Positions 55,314-64,000 of a stretch of DNA of 64,000 nucleotides are shown one piece after another (the stretch's first letter is position 1; each line of letters starts with the position of its first letter). The position numbers and the translations under genes were made by a program. This DNA comes from Eledone cirrhosa (taxonomy: Eukaryota). The notes below the pieces were generated by a model, which was not told the origin of the DNA, did no database searches, and was given only the letters and a program-made list of their open reading frames with translations. Location of the stretch: contig OZ024757.1 of the NCBI GenBank assembly GCA_964016885.1, positions 12,524,001 through 12,588,000 on the forward strand, in the 5' to 3' direction.

Positions 55314-56547
55314 TCAGGTTATAAATTGGGTGTTGAGCTCTAGTCTATTATTGATTGGTGGATGTGTTCTATCTATAATGAGTGCTTCCTTGATTCTAAG
55401 ATTGCCGAGGTTTCTTTCCTTAGTTTCTATCCTAACTGTTATGTTTTTATCAGTGTTTTTGCATTTAACTAGGTGTTTCTTAAATGAGGAAGCGTTAGTA
55501 TTGAGGTGTTCTTTTATTCTTATGTGGAGTGGTCTGGTGGTGCTACCTACGTAGAAGTTGTTGCATTTGTCACACTCTAGTCTGTAAACTACGTAAGCCT
55601 GGTGGCATAGGTCTGTGTCGTTGATGGGGCAGTTGGCTAGTCTGCAGCAGTTGTCATGTCTGGTGGAGTGTCTCTTAGCTAGCCGTCCACGCAAAGAAGG
55701 ACCCGAATGGGCCAGTTGAATATCCAGACCTTCTCGTCTGATGGCTCTGCGGATGGCTGTTGTTGTTTCTTCACTGAAGTGTGGGAGCTTCAGGAAGCAA
55801 GTGTTAGTGCCTCGGGTGTGGTGTCCTCTGTTCTTTCTGGCACGGTTTGTGGTGGATGTCGTGTATCCGTTCAGTTTGAGTACTTCCAGGAAATGTGTGG
55901 TGTGTGTGTCTCGGTCTCTGGCGTCGGTGCATTTGTTCTTGATACGTGCCAGTTCGTTCTTTATGTATCCGAACTTGGCACCGAGTGGGAGGGCCGATCT
56001 GAAATGTACGAACAGGTCCCTGCTGGCGGCTTTTTTATAGAAGCAGGTGTGGATGTTGCCTTCCTCTGTTACCCTGAGTTGGAAGTCCAGCAGGGATAGG
56101 GATCCGCGGTTATCGGGGTGTTCTAAGCTGAACTTTATACTGGCGTCCATGCTGGAGAATGTTGTGTATATTTTCTCTGCCTCCTCACGGGATGATGTAA
56201 GGATGAGTATGTCATCTACATATCGGGTGAAGAAGGCATGGGAATGGCAGGTGTTGAGGGCTCGGCATTCTAGTTGGTTCATGTAAGTGATGGCCAGCAG
56301 GCCAGAGAGGCTGGATCCCATGGGTAATCCTGTTGTCTGTCTGTATGTGTGGTGGTGGAAGGTGAAGTACGTGTTGTCGACTGTGAAGGACAAAAGTTGG
56401 TGTATGTCCGTCGGGTGGAGGCCGTAGCAGTGGATGTTCTCTGCGACCACGCAGTCCGTCAATAAATCGACAGCTGGGTGAGCGGGGACTGTAGTGTAGA
56501 GGGAGACAACGTCGAGGCTAAAAGCGTATTTATTAAGTTTAAGTTGT
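55314..56547 (-). CDS. Inverted partial PLE RT/GIY-YIG ORF
   Basis: Identical to the C-terminal part of 56548-58458 except one D/N change. Confidence 0.9.
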
Positions 56548-58458
56548 CGGACTGCCTACCAACTGAAATGGATATCGACTCTCGACAACAACACCACGGA
56601 ATCCACCACACCCAGATTCCCGATATACCAACTAGATCGCCCACTCTATCCACCGCCCGCCAACCGCGAGCTGGAAGAAAAACTCTCGAGGCTAAAACAT
56701 TCCGTATTTAACATCTTACGGAAACAGAAGAAGATGGCCCCTAACCTCTCCAGGACACAACAACTCGCCCTGAAGAACCTACGGAATAAAGAACTTATTT
56801 ACTTACCATCCGACAAAGGTAAAGAGTTCTGCGTCATCTCTCAAGCCACATACAATAACCTAGCCTTCGAACACCTAAGCGACAGTGAACTGTACACAGT
56901 GATCCCGGACATGACCGCAGCCCAAATCGAAAAACAGACCAACTCCATTTGGTTCGATATCTGTAGGAGAAGACAACTCCCGAATAAAATTAAACTCAAC
57001 TACACCACTAGAAATAGCAGACTGCCCACTTTCTACCACCTCATCAAGACCCACAAGAATAGCACTAAGACGCATATAAGACCCATCGTCTCTAGCATAG
57101 AAGGACCCCTATACAAAATTTCCTGGCTTCTCTCCCAGGTCCTCAAGCCTCTACTCTCCACCTTCCCCGGACATGTCAGTAGCTCCGACGAAGTTATACG
57201 TAGATTACACCAACTCCAGCCAGAACAACTTAAACTTAATAAATACGCTTTTAGCCTCGACGTTGTCTCCCTCTACACTACAGTCCCCGCTCACCCAGCT
57301 GTCGATTTATTGACGGACTGCGTGGTCGCAGAGAACATCCACTGCTACGGCCTCCACCCGACGGACATACACCAACTTTTGTCCTTCACAGTCGACAACA
57401 CGTACTTCACCTTCCACCACCACACATACAGACAGACAACAGGATTACCCATGGGATCCAGCCTCTCTGGCCTGCTGGCCATCACTTACATGAACCAACT
57501 AGAATGCCGAGCCCTCAACACCTGCCATTCCCATGCCTTCTTCACCCGATATGTAGATGACATACTCATCCTTACATCATCCCGTGAGGAGGCAGAGAAA
57601 ATATACACAACATTCTCCAGCATGGACGCCAGTATAAAGTTCAGCTTAGAACACCCCGATGACCGCGGATCCCTATCCCTGCTGGACTTCCAACTCAGGG
57701 TAACAGAGGAAGGCAACATCCACACCTGCTTCTATAAAAAAGCCGCCAGCAGGGACCTGTTCGTACATTTCAGATCGGCCCTCCCACTCGGTGCCAAGTT
57801 CGGATACATAAAGAACGAACTGGCACGTATCAAGAACAAATGCACCGACGCCAGAGACCGAGACACACACACCACACATTTCCTGGAAGTACTCAAACTG
57901 AACGGATACACGACATCCACCACAAACCGTGCCAGAAAGAACAGAGGACACCACACCCGAGGCACTAACACTTGCTTCCTGAAGCTCCCACACTTCAGTG
58001 AAGAAACAACAACAGCCATCCGCAGAGCCATCAGACGAGAAGGTCTGGATATTCAACTGGCCCATTCGGGTCCTTCTTTGCGTGGACGGCTAGCTAAGAG
58101 ACACTCCACCAGACATGACAACTGCTGCAGACTAGCCAACTGCCCCATCAACGACACAGACCTATGCCACCAGGCTTACGTAGTTTACAGACTAGAGTGT
58201 GACAAATGCAACAACTTCTACGTAGGTAGCACCACCAGACCACTCCACATAAGAATAAAAGAACACCTCAATACTAACGCTTCCTCATTTAAGAAACACC
58301 TAGTTAAATGCAAAAACACTGATAAAAACATAACAGTTAGGATAGAAACTAAGGAAAGAAACCTCGGCAATCTTAGAATCAAGGAAGCACTCATTATAGA
58401 TAGAACACATCCACCAATCAATAATAGACTAGAGCTCAACACCCAATTTATAACCTGA
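56548..58458 (+). CDS. PLE reverse transcriptase + GIY-YIG endonuclease, 5'-truncated but stop-free
   Basis: PSDKG, RPIVS, SLDVVSLYT, GLPMGSSLS, RYVDD, VVYRLECDKCNNFYVGSTTRPLHIRIKEH. The frame stays open for 62 codons upstream of ATG 56734, back to the inversion junction. Confidence 0.93.
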   Translation, partial: RTAYQLKWISTLDNNTTESTTPRFPIYQLDRPLYPPPANRELEEKLSRLKHSVFNILRKQKKMAPNLSRTQQLALKNLRNKELIYLPSDKGKEFCVISQATYNNLAFEHLSDSELYTVIPDMTAAQIEKQTNSIWFDICRRRQLPNKIKLNYTTRNSRLPTFYHLIKTHKNSTKTHIRPIVSSIEGPLYKISWLLSQVLKPLLSTFPGHVSSSDEVIRRLHQLQPEQLKLNKYAFSLDVVSLYTTVPAHPAVDLLTDCVVAENIHCYGLHPTDIHQLLSFTVDNTYFTFHHHTYRQTTGLPMGSSLSGLLAITYMNQLECRALNTCHSHAFFTRYVDDILILTSSREEAEKIYTTFSSMDASIKFSLEHPDDRGSLSLLDFQLRVTEEGNIHTCFYKKAASRDLFVHFRSALPLGAKFGYIKNELARIKNKCTDARDRDTHTTHFLEVLKLNGYTTSTTNRARKNRGHHTRGTNTCFLKLPHFSEETTTAIRRAIRREGLDIQLAHSGPSLRGRLAKRHSTRHDNCCRLANCPINDTDLCHQAYVVYRLECDKCNNFYVGSTTRPLHIRIKEHLNTNASSFKKHLVKCKNTDKNITVRIETKERNLGNLRIKEALIIDRTHPPINNRLELNTQFIT

Positions 58459-58990
58459 TAGGGCCTCTAGCCCCACTTTACACACCCCACACACACGCAC
58501 GCGCATACCTCCACTTATTCTCTCTCACACATACACACACAAAACCAGTTCTAACACCAGATAACACCTACCCCCCACTTTTACGATTAGACCTATCTTC
58601 CCACACTCACACACACACACCCACATACCTACACCTTCATGCTTTCTCCCACACACATATACAGGCACGCATATAAAATTTAAAAAAACACAACAAAAAC
58701 ATAAACAAACCCCTCTTAAAGGGAGACTACTCTTTACCCACCTAATTTTAATTCTTTGATATTAAAGTTAGAACTCTATACTATTTCCGGTCAGCATGGC
58801 TTCATTGGAAATTTAGACGCTGGTCTGAGACTTTTACTTCCCTCCGAAGAAGAGATATTATCTCGAAAATTAAGGACATTTAAATAAATTCAAGGTGAAA
58901 GACGAATTCTCATCAATATCTTTCACTATTGCATTCTTTTTTCTATGTCCATATCTGCATTGTCTTGGCCTTATTACACATATTCTAACG

Positions 58991-59051
<61 letters not shown>

Positions 59052-59064
59052 TGTATGTATATAT

Positions 59065-59100
<36 letters not shown>

Positions 59101-59101
<1 letters not shown>

Positions 59102-59295
59102 CGAAAGAAATGTGGTAAGGAACCAGGTGGACCATAACGCACCAAAGTACTCAATACTTAGGGTAGTAGAGTGGGTAATAGGAACGAGTAGGACCCCGAC
59201 GGCTGAGCTCAAACCGTTTCGACGGCTAATTCTGGACTCAGAATTAGCCGTCGAAACGGCTTGAGCTCAGCCGTCGGGGTCCTACTTGTTCCTAT
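59101..59295 (-). mobile_element. Short palindromic element (family of 22371 and 32947)
   Basis: Reverse complement of the same tail plus hairpin; flanked by (TA)n. Confidence 0.8.
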
Positions 59296-59540
59296 ATATA
59301 TATATATATATATATATGTATTTATCTATGCATGCATGTGTATATATATATATATATTAGCGGAGCTACCCGGCTTCGCTCGGTGTTAAAAAGCTTATTT
59401 AGAAAACAATAATATTAAAATTTTAATCGTTATTTAAAAACTTCTCTAATTTAGTTTCTATTTTTTAGATCTTAACATTTATCTTTAAATGACTGAATGA
59501 TTGATGAATTTAAAGAAAACTCGTTATAAGAACATTTAAT

Positions 59541-62500
59541 TTATTTTACTGAAGTGCTTTTGGATACACAATGTTTTTTTGTTTTTCCTTCTGGTGCGTA
59601 CACGAATAAATCAGAAGGTTTACCGAGGCGTGAGCAAGCCACATACAGCTGTCCATGTGAGAAGCATGGATTTTCTAAATTTAGTCCACACACTTGTAGC
59701 GATTGTCCTTGTGCTTTGTTGATAGTCATTGCAAAGGCGAGTCGCACCGGAAACTGCAAACGTTTGAATTCGAATGGCGTATCTGTCGGAATCATTGGGA
59801 TGCGTGGCAACAGTACCTCTTCTCCTTTTAATTTTCCATTTAAAATTGTAGCTTCGATGATATTGTTCATCATCTTTTTCACTGAAAGCCTGGTACCGTT
59901 GCAAAGTTGTGGTGGATTGATGTTTCGGAGAAGGATGATAGGCACGCCAATTTTCAATGTTAAAATGTGCGGTGGCATGCCTGGCAAATCAAGTGAATTC
60001 AAGAATTCAGTTGGATAATTGATAATTTCGTCTTGATTCATTACAGTATCGATGGACTTATACGTTGTCGCTTCGCCTGGTATTTTGTTTTGAATGCTGA
60101 AATTAATGGCATTGACATCGTTGTTTTTGGCTGCTAATATAGCACGTGCATTGAGTCACTGATGATTTTTGTAATGCTGCGCGATATTTGGGAAAACTTT
60201 GTGAATCAGTTCGTCTCTGGTTGCCGTGATTCTACAGAAGTTTGTTGGCAATGTCATACATTTTGTGGATTCATCGATTACCATTTTCCCATTCCCAATA
60301 TTCAGCAATTGTTTTGTGAAACGTTCAGCGGATGCATCATTTTGTAGTTGTACACACATATTGGTTTTTAAAGTTAATTTCTGTACGTGTCGCCATAAAA
60401 CTGATGATTTGAGACATGCATTAAGCTCATCAGCGGGTGTTGATCGCGGTATAACTGGTAGAGTTTGTCGAAAATCACCAGGCAATAAAATGAGTGTGCC
60501 ACCGAAGAGCTGTTCATTTCCTTTCAAATCTTTTAGTGTGTTATTAAGCGCTTCCAATGATTTTTTGTGCGCCATAGTACATTCGTCCCATATAATGATT
60601 TGACATGATTGGAGTAGTTTACCTATACCAGAATTTTTGGTGATATTGCATGTTGGTGTCTCAGTGATTTGCATATTCAATGGCAATTTCAGTGCTGAAT
60701 GTGCAGTTCGGCCACCATCCAAAAGAGTTGCCGCAATTCCAGATGATGCGATTGCCAGTGCAATATTATTTTGTGATCGTATAGTTGCCAAAATAAGTGA
60801 AATGAGAAAAGTTTTGCCTGTACCACCGGGCGCATCTATAAAATACAATCAGCCGCTTTGATTTGTAATTGCCTGCATAATTTTGTCATATACTATGCGT
60901 TATTCTGGTACCAATTTCGGAAGATTCGTTTGAACAAATGTACCCAATTCGGCGACATCAAAGTTTGTTTCTCGTTGCAAATCACGATCGAAAATGTCGT
61001 TTACAGATCGATTCGGCGCAGGCATTCCCAATTGTACCAGTGTTTTGTTAGCGATTGCTAAACATATGACCTCAATCGAAACCAATGCTTCATTATACAC
61101 GATTGGTGTGAATTGAATATTCAGATTTTGATTTGTTGCACGCAAACGATGTACGATATCTTCACTCATGTAGTCTTTGTATTTTCCCAAAGATCTTTTG
61201 GATTTGATGGGAAGCACGTTGTCAATATTATTGCGAATAACGTGCGTATTTGCTGTGGTCGAGCAGTATTCGATGCATCAGCGAGTGAAGTGTCCCAATG
61301 TCCATCATTTTCAAGAAGATCTAATTTTTGGCAAGCTTCACGATAAGTGGCACATACTTGACTGTTTACTGTTCTCAATTCTTGGAATGATGTCGGTCCA
61401 CGTACGTTGATTAAACAATAATCGCAAGTAAAAGCATTCTGCATTATTTGGGTGAACAGTGTACAAACGGCCTAACGCGTCGGTCGAATATAAATTGGGA
61501 TGTCCTTCAACTACTTTACCCTGTTTGCGACGTTTAAACTTTTTCGTTGATGTATTCCATGTGTAATATGTTGGCACTTCAGAATAAAGTAGTGTCTTTG
61601 CAAACACATCTTCACTGCACAATGAGAAAAACGCAGTTAATGTTGTTGGCGGTGGTGTCAATGCCCTTGCACGTATATTTTCAGTTGTGAAGTATACACG
61701 CTGTCCATTTTCAAGGTGCACCGCCAAATGAACAACTGTTGGGTGTCGATAATGGATTGGACATGATAAAATGCGCCATACTGCTTCATTACTACTAATG
61801 TAGCGTCCCAGTTGGTATTGGTCGATTTCATCGATAGATGCATTTGCATTGCACACTCCAAAAACTGCCATATCGCTTCCTTTGTTGATATATTTGCAAA
61901 TGTACTTGATCGCTTTCACCGAATTGCAATACTCGACATTGATGTGTGCTTTGAACGTCTTTGAGAGTAACGGTGAATATGGTACAACCCAACGATTATC
62001 GACTTCAACATAATTGTTTCGTACTTTTAAAGTGATGGATTTGCCGCCATCTTCAGTTGCTCGTCGACGATAGAGTGGATATCCGTCATTGCCAGTGATA
62101 GTCTCGGCAACTAAGTCTCTTGGGTATTGTTTCGTGCATTTCCCATCAGACATGCATGGTGAATTGTTGTTGAGTAAGCCACATGGACCATGAATCATGT
62201 TTTTAGTGACGACTTCAAATAAGTCTGGATCAACGTCGACATCTGGTATTTCTGCTGAGATGATTTGATCAATTTGATCTGGTGTGACTTCTTCAATTAA
62301 CCAAATCAAAATGTGTGCATGTGGCAATCCTCTTTTTTGCCATTCAATGGAAAACATCCAACAGCGTGTCTCTCCAAAAACATGATGCGTTAAAGATTTC
62401 AATTTTTGTTTGAACACACGCGCTGTAATATCATGACGATCCGAAGACGATTGACCAGGTAACAAAAGTTCTTTAATTTCATCCCACGTAGGATTGCATG

Positions 62501-64000
62501 TGAATGTAATAAAAAAAATCTAGACGGCCATATGCGCGAACATATGTCATTACATCTTGTGTGTATTCATGCATGTGCCGTGGGCTCCCTGTAAATGTAG
62601 CCGGCAGTATAACCATTTTCCCCAATTCATTAGGATTCATATTGCCATCATTAACAATGGCATCACGTAAATGAATGTACTCTTCTGAACGTAGCTTGGT
62701 TTGATTCAATCGAATATAGAGAAGTCGTTCGGTTTCGATTTTTGCATACATATCGACAATGTATTGATGGAACAATTGTCGACATTTCAAAATATGATTT
62801 TCACCGTTTTCACGAATCATTAATCTATATGAATAATAATTCATGGCACTGACTTTCTTATTCGTTTCCTCATCTGTTTGTGGATTTCTCAGTTTGATGT
62901 TGAAATGATATCCATCTTCTCCTTGCCAAAATAAAATCGGATATTGCAAACCATCGTATGACCGATGCGTTTCTGAGACTCGCTGAACATCACCATTTCT
63001 GCGGTGAAGAATTATATCGCGCGAGTTAAATTCTTCACCTTCAATAACGATCGCCACTTCATCAATTGTTGGTGCATTGTACTGTCTTTGATGTTGGCCA
63101 ACAGGTGTTTTGTCTGCTCTAACTACAATTGTGTAGTCATCACTTGGCATTTGTTCAAGGGAAGCTCTAAACAATCGAATTAATTTGTTGTGTTGATTGA
63201 ATAAAGTTTGTAATGCAGTAACAATTTCTCGTTTAGTTCCCCTATTGAATTTGCAACGTTGATCTATTTGGTCATCAGTGTTTCCCATGAAATAAATTTG
63301 AAGAAATTTGTGATCTGCGTCCGGCAGTGGTAGTAGTGATCCAGCACGATGATAAATTTGCCCTTGTACTTTGAATGTTGGCATGTAATTCTCGCGCACG
63401 ATATTTGTTGCACCGAACGATGTCATTTGGAAACATGAATTGTACTTGCGTATGTTTGCCAAGAAATGTTTAGATTCGATGGTGTCACCTGATACTAACG
63501 TTGATAATGGTTCAGGTGGTGGATGTAATTCTGGCAATTTCACTTTTCCACCCGAGCAGCACATTCCTGGTGTTTCATTTTTAAATTTGAGGGCACCGCA
63601 ATACCCGCATAATTTATCCATTTTTCCAATAATCACACTTGGATGAAGACTGTAATCATAATTTGAATCGTAATGAAATGCACCAAGATTTAAATCAGCG
63701 TGCAGTATTCTTCTGGTGAGAGCATTGCGTAGTCGATTCATTTCCACTCTTGCTTTCCGTTGCTCGTCTGTTTCAGATGAACGGGCTTGAGCAGTTCTTA
63801 CTCAAACGGTTTGCAATCTTGCTTCCCGTTGCTCGTCTGTTTCAGATGAACGGGCTTGAGCAGTTCTTACTCGAACGGTTTGCCATCTTGCTTCCCGTTG
63901 CTCGTCTGTTTCAGATGAACGGGCTTGAGCATTGCGTAGTCGATTCGTTTCCAATCTTGCTTCCCGTTGCTCGTCTGTTTCAGATGAACGGGCTTCAGCA
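59541..64000 (-). pseudogene. Helitron RepHel (frameshifts and stops)
   Basis: CxxC..CC zinc knuckle, ITFTCNP, IEWQKRGLPHAHIL, IKYICKYINKG, DAPGGTGKT, WDECTM, GDFRQTLP, LQFPVRLAFAMTINKAQGQS, GQLYVACSR. Confidence 0.95.
63715..64000 (-). repeat. 69-nt coding repeats (23-aa STPR-like: RLETNRLRNAQARSSETDEQREA) at the RepHel N-terminus
   Basis: About four tandem units visible; one contains CGA->TGA. Confidence 0.85.

Larger units (their letters stand above)
59357..64000 (-). mobile_element. Canonical Helitron (Helitron1), 3' end intact, 5' end outside the window
   Basis: Minus strand ends ..ccgagcgaagccggg tagctccg CTAA|T (subterminal hairpin + CTRR + T target). Confidence 0.92.

Noticed and set aside
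55330-58442. Antisense ORFs overlapping the PLE RT, and similar ones over both Helitrons
   Set aside because: Shadow ORFs of the real coding strand with no motifs.

Overview
Repeat-rich, AT-rich animal genomic DNA, most likely from an octopod cephalopod. This assignment is an inference from the SINE types and the (TA)n/(TG)n density. One host gene is present: a 15-coding-exon MAD1/MAD1L1 spindle-checkpoint gene on + (26886-43040). I reconstructed it by hand; all introns are GT-AG, the phases are consistent and the frame is open (~690 aa). It carries odd changes: RLK->RLL, a 6-aa RWD deletion and an apparently missing exon. One exon is also duplicated in inverted orientation about 19 kb downstream. 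The rest of the window is transposon-derived: at least five Penelope-like retroelement (PLE) insertions, about ten sequence-distinct hammerhead-ribozyme (HHR) bearing pLTR or fold-back families sitting in (TA)n tracts, RTE LINE fragments, SINEs, minisatellites, a canonical Helitron at the right edge and a decayed Helentron/Helitron2. The most unusual object is that Helentron (~11607-22286, minus). Its polyprotein begins with a 2A-like ribosome-skipping motif (LLLIIGCVELNPGP) and ends in a complete USP/C19 deubiquitinase domain fused after the PIF1 helicase. It also carries an SGNH fragment and a BACK-like cargo ORF. All homology calls come from motif recognition, not database searches.
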